IMG/VR virus record: IMGVR_UViG_3300037264_005839
Length of the DNA stretch: 64,000 nt
DNA from: a virus
Reading direction: 5' to 3' (one strand)
Part shown: positions 18,266 through 26,794 of the stretch, piece by piece
Layout: each line of letters opens with the position of its first letter
How positions within the stretch are numbered: the first letter of the stretch is position 1
Program-made: the position numbers and the translations under genes
Notes under the pieces: generated by a model
What the model was told of the DNA's origin: nothing
Database searches by the model: none
The model's input: only the letters and a program-made list of their open reading frames with translations

Positions 18266-18766
18266 GTGAACACGCCGTACGGACAGTTGGAGGCACTCCT
18301 CCAGAATCTTCGGGAATGCGGCCTGACGGTCGCGTTCGCTGAATCCTGCACGGGAGGGCGCCTCTGCGCAGATCTGACGACCGTGCCGGGATCTTCTGAT
18401 GTCGTGGTTGGATCTGCTGTGTGCTACCAACTGGCAGCGAAACGGAAGGTGTTGGGTCTTGAGGATGTGGACGAGCAGAATGTGGTGTCGGGTCAGACGG
18501 CGCTGGCGATGGCGACAGCTACACGTCGCCTCTTCGGGGCGGACTTCGGTGTCGCGACGACGGGCTATCTGAGTCCGCATGAATCCAACGGACAAGCGTG
18601 GGAACCCGCCGCCTACTGGGCGATAGCAGGACCCCAGGTGGAACGGTGGGACGGCGTGGAGCTCTCGTCACACATGCCTCGAGACTTGAACCGCGAACTT
18701 GTCGTACGCGCCACGATGCAGGCATTGGTAACGGCTGTTTCTCGAGAGAAGAGGAGCCCGGCATGA
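18266..18766 (+). CDS. CinA C-terminal domain / NMN amidohydrolase PncC-like
   Basis: TVAFAESCTGGRLCADLTTVPGSSDVVVGSAVCYQLAAKRKVLGL; GTG start after AGGGGAC. Confidence 0.75.
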   Translation: MNTPYGQLEALLQNLRECGLTVAFAESCTGGRLCADLTTVPGSSDVVVGSAVCYQLAAKRKVLGLEDVDEQNVVSGQTALAMATATRRLFGADFGVATTGYLSPHESNGQAWEPAAYWAIAGPQVERWDGVELSSHMPRDLNRELVVRATMQALVTAVSREKRSPA

Positions 18767-19044
18767 CCCATGAGCAGCACATCGCCGTCCTGAAGCGGTA
18801 CGCCGAGAAGTTCACGAAGTGGTCAAGCGAGTGCTGTCCCGGCAACTTCGACCAGCCTCCAGGGGTGGGACGCGCGGTGAAACATATCAACTGGATGATC
18901 CACGAAATGCTGCACCGTCTGGAAGCCCACGAGGATCGTCCAGGACAAGCTGACCGTTGGATAGGGTTCATCCAAGGCGTCCTCTGGAACAACGGCTTTT
19001 TCACGATCGACGATATGAAGGCTCACAACACCGAGCCCGCGTAG
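18763..19044 (+). CDS. hypothetical protein
   Basis: ATGA overlap; 93 aa. Confidence 0.5.
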   Translation: MTHEQHIAVLKRYAEKFTKWSSECCPGNFDQPPGVGRAVKHINWMIHEMLHRLEAHEDRPGQADRWIGFIQGVLWNNGFFTIDDMKAHNTEPA

Positions 19045-19052
19045 GAGCACCC

Positions 19053-19493
19053 ATGGACCTCAAGTACGACCCTGCACGCCACGCCGTCTGCTGTCTCCTG
19101 ATGAATCAGGACGGGGACATACTTGCAATCTCTCGCCTCAAGGTAGGCCCTGCGGACCAGCCGGTCGCCGACCACGACCGATGGGGAATGCCGGGCGGCA
19201 AGGTCGAGAGCAACGAGTCTCTCGACGTGGCCGTCGTGCGAGAGACCTACGAAGAAACCGGCTTCGTCATCGCAGCTCCTCAGTCCGTCTACACCGCGTT
19301 CGTTCCTGGCGAGAGCAACTTCATCTGCACGACCTTCGTGGCGCACATCGTGGCACAGGCCCCGGATGCACCTCGCAGCGTGCCCTTTGAGGGTGACGTC
19401 GCCTGGGTGTCTCCCGCCGTCCTCGCCGCGGGGCCCTTCGCGGAATACAACCAGGCGTTGTTTGAACATCTCAACATCCGGTGGCATGAGTGA
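19053..19493 (+). CDS. NUDIX hydrolase
   Basis: Nudix box GGKVESNESLDVAVVRETYEETGF. Confidence 0.8.
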   Translation: MDLKYDPARHAVCCLLMNQDGDILAISRLKVGPADQPVADHDRWGMPGGKVESNESLDVAVVRETYEETGFVIAAPQSVYTAFVPGESNFICTTFVAHIVAQAPDAPRSVPFEGDVAWVSPAVLAAGPFAEYNQALFEHLNIRWHE

Positions 19494-20142
19494 GACTCAC
19501 CTGTTGGTGGCGCACACAATGAACAATCCATTCGACGAGCTTCACGAACAGGAGCGGCACTGGACTCTGAGCGACGAGGGGATCGAGATCACCTACGATG
19601 CGGATTTTCTCGTAGACGTTGACGCTGACCGTCAGTTCGCAGCCCTCAAGACAGAGATCCCGTGGCGCCGCTTCCAGATGTCAACGCCAGACGGACCACG
19701 TGCGGTGCCAAGGATGATCTCGTGGCATGCAGACGCAGATCTCAGCTACAAGTACGGCGTCGTCACTCACGCGTGGCAGGCTTGGACTCCGACTTTACTG
19801 GAAGTGCGGGGTCTTCTTGAGGCAAAGCTCGGGATCTATTTCAACGGGGTCCTCGCCAACCTCTACGAGAATGAGCGTGACTCGGTGTCTCCCCATGCGG
19901 ACGACGAGCGTGACATGGTCGACGGAGCAGCCATCGCCTCGGTGAGTTTTGGGGCCACCCGGGAGTTCGTCGTCCGGCACATGACCAACCGAAATCGCTA
20001 CGCCACCCACCTTGAACACGGATCCCTCTTGGTGATGAGCGGAGACACCCAGAGGGTCAGCCGGCACTCTGTGCCGAAGGCCAAGCGGGCGTGTGGCCCG
20101 AGGATCAATCTGACTTATCGCATCGCGCGAGGCAGCGGTTGA
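19486..20142 (+). CDS. alkB: AlkB-like Fe(II)/2-oxoglutarate dioxygenase
   Basis: HADDE..(HxD), VSFGATREFVVRH, GSLLVMSGDTQRVSRHSV(P) match the AlkB core. Confidence 0.8.
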   Translation: MSETHLLVAHTMNNPFDELHEQERHWTLSDEGIEITYDADFLVDVDADRQFAALKTEIPWRRFQMSTPDGPRAVPRMISWHADADLSYKYGVVTHAWQAWTPTLLEVRGLLEAKLGIYFNGVLANLYENERDSVSPHADDERDMVDGAAIASVSFGATREFVVRHMTNRNRYATHLEHGSLLVMSGDTQRVSRHSVPKAKRACGPRINLTYRIARGSG

Positions 20143-20203
20143 CGCGGACGCTTCTCCATGGATTCGACGAAACCCTTCGATTACCCAAGTAGGATCACCG
20201 ACG

Positions 20204-20458
20204 ATGTCTTGCTCCCCTTTGCTCAACGGTGTCTCGGACCCGCTCAAGGTGCTCAAAATCGTGTGGGAACACCGGATCTTGTGCTGGTCCGAGCCTCCAA
20301 ACACGTTCCGTCCGCTCGAGCAACTCGGGTGGGTCGTATACCGTGAGGGGGCATGGCGTATAACGGATGAGGGGAAAAAAGCTGCACTCGCAGCGGTGGC
20401 TGAGACTGTCGAAGTTGAGGACACCCCCACATCCATCGCGGAGTTCTTCGGACTATGA
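20204..20458 (+). CDS. hypothetical protein (winged-helix-like?)
   Basis: 84-aa ORF with good GC3; the alternative 20158..20346 is R-rich. Confidence 0.45.
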   Translation: MSCSPLLNGVSDPLKVLKIVWEHRILCWSEPPNTFRPLEQLGWVVYREGAWRITDEGKKAALAAVAETVEVEDTPTSIAEFFGL

Positions 20459-20784
20459 CCCCCGCAGCACAAGCTCTCCAAGAGTGGTGGGACCATATGG
20501 CTACCATGTTTGCACGCTATGGCGATGCGGAGGGGATCGAGCAGACCCCAGAGTGGTCCGAGCATCAGACACTACAGAACACCCTCCTCGTCGAGCTGCG
20601 ACGAGAGACCGTGTCGCCTGAGGAACTCCTCATGGACGTGCTTCAAGTGTCGATCCTAGCCACACTGGGTTCCGAGCCTACGCGGATGTCCCCAGATACG
20701 GCCGAATTGATTGTATCCGACACGAAGCGTCGGACCGCGGAGCACGAAGCGCGAAGGATCACGTCCGTAAATCTGATGAACTGA
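20455..20784 (+). CDS. hypothetical protein
   Basis: ATGA overlap; 109 aa. Confidence 0.5.
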   Translation: MTPAAQALQEWWDHMATMFARYGDAEGIEQTPEWSEHQTLQNTLLVELRRETVSPEELLMDVLQVSILATLGSEPTRMSPDTAELIVSDTKRRTAEHEARRITSVNLMN

Positions 20785-20794
20785 GGAGGGTACG

Positions 20795-21163
20795 ATGAGG
20801 AAGATGGAAGCGGTACTTGAGAAGATCCTTGCCCCCGGCATCCTCGCCGTGTACGGACGCAAGGGAGACAACGAGACTCTCCTATTCACCACGCACGGAC
20901 TCCCGTTGCCGCAGGAGGCGAAGGACCAGTGGCACAGCACATTGAAGGGGACCTGTCTTCTTCTCGCCACCGCGAACCGCTCGGGGTGTGGTGTTGACGA
21001 GGTCCGCGTCATGTTGGGGTACCACACGGTTCTCGTCCAACAGTGCGACGGAGTGCTCATCGGCGTCGTTTTCGTCAAAGGGAATGGGGTCGTCAAGTCA
21101 TTGGCCCGGATGGTGCGCAGAACCTTCAAGGTCTTCGGCAAAACACCAAACGTTGAGGTGTGA
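20795..21163 (+). CDS. hypothetical protein (roadblock/LC7-like?)
   Basis: GAGGAGGG RBS; 122 aa. Confidence 0.5.
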   Translation: MRKMEAVLEKILAPGILAVYGRKGDNETLLFTTHGLPLPQEAKDQWHSTLKGTCLLLATANRSGCGVDEVRVMLGYHTVLVQQCDGVLIGVVFVKGNGVVKSLARMVRRTFKVFGKTPNVEV

Positions 21164-21166
21164 GCC

Positions 21167-21862
21167 ATGGGTCTGCACGTGAAGAATGAGATTGTCGATC
21201 CCGAGGAGGATGGCGTCGCGCGAGGGATCCAGACAACTCTGAGTCGAGAAATCCGCCTCGGGGATCAGTTCCGCACCGTGGCAGCCGCCGCCATCGCCTA
21301 TTCACGCGATGAGAAGTGGGGTTACGTGGCAGCCGTAGTACTGAGCGCCACAAATTGGAGTGTTGTGTTCCGACAGCTTCTCAAGATGCCGGTCACCCGT
21401 CCGTACGAGCCAGACCTCCTCGGTTTTCGCGAGGGACCTCTTCTCCTCGAGGCACTTGTGCGGCTTCCCCGAGAACCGGATCTGATCTTGATCGATGGCT
21501 CCGGCATCGCACACCCACGCAAGTTTGGCCTCGCGTGCCACGTTGGCCTTGCGCTTGAGCACCCGACGGTGGGGATCACCAAGTACTGGCCCCTCGGATG
21601 CAAACAGGCGAAGTGCACGGTGGCGCGGAGGCGGGGTTCCAAGACGGCGCTACTGCACGAGACAAGCGGCGACCGCCTGGGCTACGAGGTCTACATGCAA
21701 GACAACACCGATCCCGTCTATGTGAGCCCTGGGCATCGCGTGTCACTCGATGATGCGGTCAGCGTCGCCCTTCGGTGTACTCCTTGGCATCGCTTGTCCG
21801 AGCCGATCCGAGCCGCCGAGAACGCCGCCAACGAACATCGTCTTGAGCAGGAGAAGACATGA
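21167..21862 (+). CDS. nfi: endonuclease V (deoxyinosine 3' endonuclease)
   Basis: ILIDGSGIAHPRKFGLACHVGLALEHPTVGITK and the YVSPGH block. Confidence 0.85.
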   Translation: MGLHVKNEIVDPEEDGVARGIQTTLSREIRLGDQFRTVAAAAIAYSRDEKWGYVAAVVLSATNWSVVFRQLLKMPVTRPYEPDLLGFREGPLLLEALVRLPREPDLILIDGSGIAHPRKFGLACHVGLALEHPTVGITKYWPLGCKQAKCTVARRRGSKTALLHETSGDRLGYEVYMQDNTDPVYVSPGHRVSLDDAVSVALRCTPWHRLSEPIRAAENAANEHRLEQEKT

Positions 21863-22137
21863 TCGTTGTCAAGATCGAAATGTGGCCCAAGGGAGATGCG
21901 TCGCGGGCGAGAGATCTTGGTCGCATGTTCATCTACAACGCCGGAGGCACTGACGAACGCGGCGACTACGAGGTCCGCGTGTGTCGGAAGGGGAACTTCA
22001 ACCCGGGGGTCGCGGCGATTCAGACGGGCGACGGCTTCACTCGAACCGGGCGCGTCGAGAACTACCCACGTCTGGCATACAACATTTGGCGCCTAGTCCT
22101 CCGGGGGCTCCGCTCCGCGTTCCCCGAGGAAGGCTGA
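21859..22137 (+). CDS. hypothetical protein
   Basis: ATGA overlap; 92 aa. Confidence 0.5.
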   Translation: MIVVKIEMWPKGDASRARDLGRMFIYNAGGTDERGDYEVRVCRKGNFNPGVAAIQTGDGFTRTGRVENYPRLAYNIWRLVLRGLRSAFPEEG

Positions 22138-22140
22138 CGG

Positions 22141-22761
22141 ATGGCTATCGTACTTCCAGGAAAGTTCATCTTCTTGGCAACGCCGTACACGGCGTCGATG
22201 GCGGTTGCACGAGCTCTCAAGACGCTGCCTGGTGTTTTCGTAGCCTATGACAAGCGACACGGGATCGGGCATCACGCGCGTCTTGACCAAATCAAGCAGG
22301 TAGCACAGCAACGTCTGACAGGGACCGAGCAGGTGATCGTGGCTGTACGGAACCCCTACGACGTGTTCGTCTCTTGGTATCTTCGCAACCTGAATCATCT
22401 CCAAGTGCTCCACTTGGTCAAGGTGAAGGGACTCCAGCGCGATCCGAATCTCCGGGAGTTCATCGAACTGTGGGCCGACCTTGACATGCCGCCCTACGTC
22501 TCCAAGGGCCGCATCTTCTACCACGCGGAAGATGGTGGCCATGCGGTGACGCGGAAAATCGTCCGCTACGAGGATCTCGAGAACAGCCTCAACGCCGCGC
22601 TGAGAGCATGCAAGGTGCCTCATGTCAAGGTGGGTCGAGAGAATGAGACACCGGACAAGGATCACTGGTCCTCGTACTACGACGAGGACACCTATGCCTT
22701 CGTGAACGAACGCTTCCGCGATGACTTCGTGAAATTCGGATACCCCTTCCTTTGGAAATGA
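22141..22761 (+). CDS. hypothetical protein (sulfotransferase-like fold?)
   Basis: 206 aa; N-terminal FIFLATPYTAS loop-like segment. Confidence 0.45.
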   Translation: MAIVLPGKFIFLATPYTASMAVARALKTLPGVFVAYDKRHGIGHHARLDQIKQVAQQRLTGTEQVIVAVRNPYDVFVSWYLRNLNHLQVLHLVKVKGLQRDPNLREFIELWADLDMPPYVSKGRIFYHAEDGGHAVTRKIVRYEDLENSLNAALRACKVPHVKVGRENETPDKDHWSSYYDEDTYAFVNERFRDDFVKFGYPFLWK

Positions 22762-23483
22762 GCCGTGGCGTAGAAGGGGGGATGTCCCCCGGACCCCGGC
22801 CCGTTCCCGTCGACCAAGGAGAGATCTCCGCCGGGCCCGTGCTCGACGCCTTGGTCGGCCCGGTTCCCGCAGGGTCGGTTGTCGTCGTGACCGGAACGTC
22901 GGGGACAGGAGTCACCACCTTTCTCCGCCACGTGGCCACGCAAATTGGGCAGCACCGACCGGTGTGGTTTGTGTCCAACAGCACCGAACCACCTCGACCG
23001 ATCGGTCCTCCTGCCGATATCGTGTGGATGCACAAAACGTCTTTGACTGACCTGGCCATGCTGACGAAAAGGTCTTTCGTTGCGACCGTCTGGATCGTCG
23101 ACGACGGCGACCAGATGCTTGCAGGGGACGGCGCCCTGGCCTCGAAGGGATGGGCGTCGTTGCTTCCACGCCTTCAAGCTAATGGTGTGACGCTGTTCCT
23201 CGGGATGAAACAACGTCGAGGACCCGACAGACGCCTGCCCCACGCCATCCCTTTCATGGCGACGCTCGGGCTTGAACTCGACGTCGTCGTGCGCACGCAA
23301 GGAAACGACTCCGTGACGGGAGTCGTCGCGGACGTGAAGCTGTGGAAGTCCAAACTTGGGCCAGCCCAGAGCACCGCAGGCCGCGTCTGGATACGGCCTC
23401 TCCACGAACCATCAGTTCGTCTCGAGGCAGGGCGAGATCCCATGCGTCTCTCCTCCCCAGAGATTGAGGGGTTCCTTGGCTGA
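22758..23483 (+). CDS. RecA-fold P-loop-like protein with degenerate Walker A (no Lys)
   Basis: VVVVTGTSGTGVTTF; Walker-B-like VWIVDDGD; ATGA overlap (alternative ATG 22782 right after GCGTAGAAGGGGGG). Confidence 0.45.
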   Translation: MSRGVEGGMSPGPRPVPVDQGEISAGPVLDALVGPVPAGSVVVVTGTSGTGVTTFLRHVATQIGQHRPVWFVSNSTEPPRPIGPPADIVWMHKTSLTDLAMLTKRSFVATVWIVDDGDQMLAGDGALASKGWASLLPRLQANGVTLFLGMKQRRGPDRRLPHAIPFMATLGLELDVVVRTQGNDSVTGVVADVKLWKSKLGPAQSTAGRVWIRPLHEPSVRLEAGRDPMRLSSPEIEGFLG

Positions 23484-23499
23484 GAACCGCAGGCAGAGC

Positions 23500-23823
23500 A
23501 TGGCGAAGAAGGAGGAGCGCGCGGTGGCTCTGCTCCGCCAGAAACACACGGCCGCGTCCGTGGCCAACCACCGATCGGTGCAGGTGCATCCGACGACAGT
23601 CCAAAGATGGGCGCGTAAGCACGGGATCCTCCTCACGTACCCCTACAACCGCCACGAGGGCCGCAAAGACCTTGTGGATGTGGACGAGATCCTGCGGTTG
23701 CGCAGGCGACAGATCGACGGGAAGTGTATCTTCACGCTCGGCGATATTGCCGACCTGTGTGAGTGCTCCTTGAGCTACGTCAAGCAGGTCTGCGCGAAGG
23801 CACGACGAGAAGGAAAGCTATGA
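23500..23823 (+). CDS. HTH DNA-binding protein
   Basis: VQVHPTTVQRWARKHGI helix-turn-helix; 107 aa. Confidence 0.5.
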   Translation: MAKKEERAVALLRQKHTAASVANHRSVQVHPTTVQRWARKHGILLTYPYNRHEGRKDLVDVDEILRLRRRQIDGKCIFTLGDIADLCECSLSYVKQVCAKARREGKL

Positions 23824-24059
23824 CGAAGATACCCTTCACGGCCGACCAAGTCGAGTCGATCAACAGCTACCAACGAGCCGGGATCTTTCACCCGTTCACC
23901 TGCGGAAATGATGGCGAGACGCTTGAGGCGACGCCCGAGGGCATGCGATGTCCCAAGTGCAGCTACGCGCAGGACTGGGTTCACGACTTCATGGCGAACT
24001 GGACATGGAGGCCACCCGAAGACTGGCCGTCCGCGCCGCCCGAAGAACCCGAGAAGTAG
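23820..24059 (+). CDS. hypothetical small Cys protein
   Basis: ATGA overlap; FTCGNDGE...CPKCSY. Confidence 0.5.
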   Translation: MTKIPFTADQVESINSYQRAGIFHPFTCGNDGETLEATPEGMRCPKCSYAQDWVHDFMANWTWRPPEDWPSAPPEEPEK

Positions 24060-25013
24060 ATGGAGGAGCCGATCAATGCCATGGGTTTATGTGCCGGGAT
24101 TGGAGGGATCGAGCTCGGGCTCCGAGCTGCCATGCCCCGATGCCGAGCGGTGGTGTACGTGGAGAGGGAAGCCTTTTCGGCCGCAGTCCTGGCTGCGCGA
24201 ATGGAAGAAGGGCGGCTACCTCCGGCGCCTATCTGGAATGACCTTGAGTCCTTCGACGCTCGAGCGTGGCGTGGAGCAGTGGATCTCGTCACTGGTGGGT
24301 TCCCTTGCCAGCCCTGGAGCGCGGCCGGGAAACGATCCAAAACTGACGACGAACGCTGGCTCTGGCCGCTCGTCGCCCGGATCATTTGCGACGCGCGACC
24401 CCGCCGAGCCGTCTTCTTGGAGAACGTCCCAGGCCTGGCAAACGGAGGCATCCACCACGTTCTCTGGGACTTGGCCGAAGCGGGGTTCGATGTTGAGTGG
24501 GGCGTGTATCGAGCTCTCGACGTCGGGGCAAATCATCGACGACCCAGGATCTTCATCCTCGCCTACCGATCCGACGAGCTTGATGGCCTTCTTCGAGCAA
24601 CATTCGGGGACGGAGGAGGACGACGAGGGTCCGGCGAACGAGTTCTACCCGAACGTATGGCCCACGGCCGTCACGACGGACGCCCCAGGAGCGGCGAGGC
24701 ACACGACGACAACGGGCATCATGAACACGGGCACAATGCTCACGGACGCGATGCGGATCTTCCTGGCGGAGATCCAGGTCAACCTGGACCCGGATTCCCG
24801 CCACCTCCATGCTCTGAAGAACGATGGCGACGATACCTTGATGCAGGCGGTCCTCTCCCCGCTGTTCGTCGAGGCGCTGATGGGATACCCGACCGGATGG
24901 ACCGACTGCGCGCCCTCGGGAATGCGGTCGTCCCCCGAGTGATCGCCGTGGCGTGGCGAGATCTCCTCCGGCAAGCCATCTCCACGCGGGAGGGATCGGG
25001 ATGCTCTTTTTGA
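24060..25013 (+). CDS. DNA (cytosine-5)-methyltransferase
   Basis: motif I LCAGIGG, motif IV GFPCQPWS, ENV (FLENVPGL), motif X GNAVVPRV. Confidence 0.85.
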   Translation: MEEPINAMGLCAGIGGIELGLRAAMPRCRAVVYVEREAFSAAVLAARMEEGRLPPAPIWNDLESFDARAWRGAVDLVTGGFPCQPWSAAGKRSKTDDERWLWPLVARIICDARPRRAVFLENVPGLANGGIHHVLWDLAEAGFDVEWGVYRALDVGANHRRPRIFILAYRSDELDGLLRATFGDGGGRRGSGERVLPERMAHGRHDGRPRSGEAHDDNGHHEHGHNAHGRDADLPGGDPGQPGPGFPPPPCSEERWRRYLDAGGPLPAVRRGADGIPDRMDRLRALGNAVVPRVIAVAWRDLLRQAISTREGSGCSF

Positions 25014-25366
25014 ACTCGACTTCGACCGCGGGCACGACGATCACGTTCACATGGAATACGGTCGCTCCGTCGAATACCACATTCACAACGAATACGGTCG
25101 CTCCGTCGAATACCACATTCACAACGACTTCCTCCGCCCACGTTCCGAAGAAGGCATCGCTTCAAAAACCCACCCCTCCACCACCGAAATTTCGGAAGGG
25201 CGACCCTGTGCGGGTGACTGCCGCAGGCGTCCTCCGCGGACGCATGGGTCTCGTGGAGGGCTTCTTGGCTGTGGGGGATCAATGGACCGTTTTCGTGGGA
25301 TGGCCTGATGGGGGCTGGACGACCTTGGGGGAAACCTCCTTGGAGACGGTGCCAGAAACCGAGTAG
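25001..25366 (+). CDS. hypothetical protein containing an exact 12-aa tandem repeat (NTVAPSNTTFTT x2)
   Basis: coding frame chosen by GC3 and a conserved-looking C-terminal domain; the repeat is encoded by the 36-bp tandem duplication. Confidence 0.45.
   Translation: MLFLNSTSTAGTTITFTWNTVAPSNTTFTTNTVAPSNTTFTTTSSAHVPKKASLQKPTPPPPKFRKGDPVRVTAAGVLRGRMGLVEGFLAVGDQWTVFVGWPDGGWTTLGETSLETVPETE
25054..25125 (+). repeat. perfect 36-bp x2 in-frame tandem duplication
   Basis: GAATACGGTCGCTCCGTCGAATACCACATTCACAAC occurs twice back-to-back. Confidence 0.9.
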
Positions 25367-25377
25367 AAGGAAAGAGC

Positions 25378-26064
25378 ATGGAAGCCACGGTCAGCAAGGT
25401 GATTCTCAGCCCAGACGGCAGCAGCGTTCCTGTCGGGACTCGGGTCACGATGGTCGAGAGCGTCCTCCTGCGAGGAGTGGACTTCGGCGATGGCCACGTC
25501 AGTCGAGTGCCCCGAGAAGATCTCCGTTTCTCGTGCCAAGTGCCGGGGTGCGAACGCGAGGCCACCTACGATGCGCCCGGATGCTGGTGCTCCGTCCACT
25601 GGACCGAGTGGTGGACGGCGGAGGGCGACGAACCCGAGTGGATGGACTTTGAGTCCGACAGGCTGGACCCGTTCGTTATCCTCAAGACAGACCTTGAGCT
25701 GCCGCACGGGGTCACCCATGCAGCCGGGACAGCCGTGACCGTGCTGACGGAGCACCTGACTATCCGCGTGAGGCTCGTCGACGGGATCGAGGTGACGGTA
25801 GCCCGTGATCATCTCTCCATCACCTGCGAGGTTACGGCCTGCCAAGAGGAGGCGCAGTTGTGGCGTCCCTGCTACGTCTGCCGTGAGCACCACGGTGCTT
25901 GGCTCGATGGGGAAATCGAACTCCCCGGGACCGATTTCGAGGAGGACCCTCCTCTGTGGCGGCAGGGACCGGGAGCAGGACGCCCCCCGGACTACCCAGA
26001 TCTATCGCCCCGCGAGCAGTGGGAGATCGACAAACGGCTCGGCATCCTCGACGAGAATTGGTGA
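25378..26064 (+). CDS. hypothetical protein with internally duplicated Cys-containing halves
   Basis: CQVPGCEREATYDAPGCWCSVHWTEWW versus CEVTACQEEAQLWRPCYVCREHHGAWL. Confidence 0.55.
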   Translation: MEATVSKVILSPDGSSVPVGTRVTMVESVLLRGVDFGDGHVSRVPREDLRFSCQVPGCEREATYDAPGCWCSVHWTEWWTAEGDEPEWMDFESDRLDPFVILKTDLELPHGVTHAAGTAVTVLTEHLTIRVRLVDGIEVTVARDHLSITCEVTACQEEAQLWRPCYVCREHHGAWLDGEIELPGTDFEEDPPLWRQGPGAGRPPDYPDLSPREQWEIDKRLGILDENW

Positions 26065-26082
26065 GCAAAGGAAGGACGACAC

Positions 26083-26598
26083 ATGTTGAGCATGATCGTA
26101 GCGATGAGCGAGAGTGCCAGGATCATTGGACTCGACGGGGACATGCCCTGGAAACTCCGGGCTGACCTCCAGAGGTTCAAGCGTCTTACGACCGGTCACA
26201 CGGTCGTGATGGGACGGCGCACTTGGGAATCGATCCCGGCCAAGTTCCGCCCCCTGCCGGATCGTCGCAACATCGTGCTCAGCCGCAACACTGGATACCA
26301 AGCCGAAGGTGCGATGGTGTTTCGGTCGCTGGATACGATGGCCACGCAACTAGCATCCGTCGAAGAGCAGCACACCTTCCTGATCGGAGGCGCGACTCTC
26401 TACGAGGCTGGCCTCGAGGTCGCAGACCGTCTCTACGTGACCTTCGTCGACTACACGGGTCCCGGAGACACCTTCTTCCCTGAGGACCCGTGGACGAAGT
26501 TCAAGCCGCTCGATCTTCAAGAACAGGTCGTGCCGGCAGACGAGAAAAATAGTCACGCCACCCGTTTCATGATCATGGAGCGCCGCAGGGGAAGTTGA
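26083..26598 (+). CDS. folA: dihydrofolate reductase
   Basis: IVAMSESARIIGLDGDMPWKL..DLQRFKRLTTGHTVVMGRRTWESIP, LIGGATLYE. Confidence 0.85.
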   Translation: MLSMIVAMSESARIIGLDGDMPWKLRADLQRFKRLTTGHTVVMGRRTWESIPAKFRPLPDRRNIVLSRNTGYQAEGAMVFRSLDTMATQLASVEEQHTFLIGGATLYEAGLEVADRLYVTFVDYTGPGDTFFPEDPWTKFKPLDLQEQVVPADEKNSHATRFMIMERRRGS

Positions 26599-26608
26599 TG
26601 ACAGTGCG

Positions 26609-26794
26609 ATGGCGAAACCCCCGAGCCGGCAGTTCAACGACTACTTCGTCGAGAGGGACGATGGTTTCGAGCGTTCAAAGATCAAGGTCTTGGATGCAAG
26701 AACGCTGGCCGCGCTCCGTGAACTTGAAGAGGTCCGAACTTGGGCCCAGTTCGTCAAACTCTGCAATGAGCAGCGCCATAAGCGAGGCTGGTAG
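26609..26794 (+). CDS. hypothetical small protein
   Basis: 61 aa; high GC3 in this frame versus the overlapping 26595 frame. Confidence 0.4.
   Translation: MAKPPSRQFNDYFVERDDGFERSKIKVLDARTLAALRELEEVRTWAQFVKLCNEQRHKRGW

Noticed and set aside
23908-24942. 344-aa ORF overlapping the C5-methyltransferase in another frame
   Set aside because: The MTase frame carries all the canonical motifs. This frame is R/S/P-rich.
25051-25308. Alternative frame through the 36-bp repeat (EYGRSVEYHIHN x2)
   Set aside because: It has lower GC3 and no plausible downstream domain. The other frame continues into a well-formed C-terminal domain.
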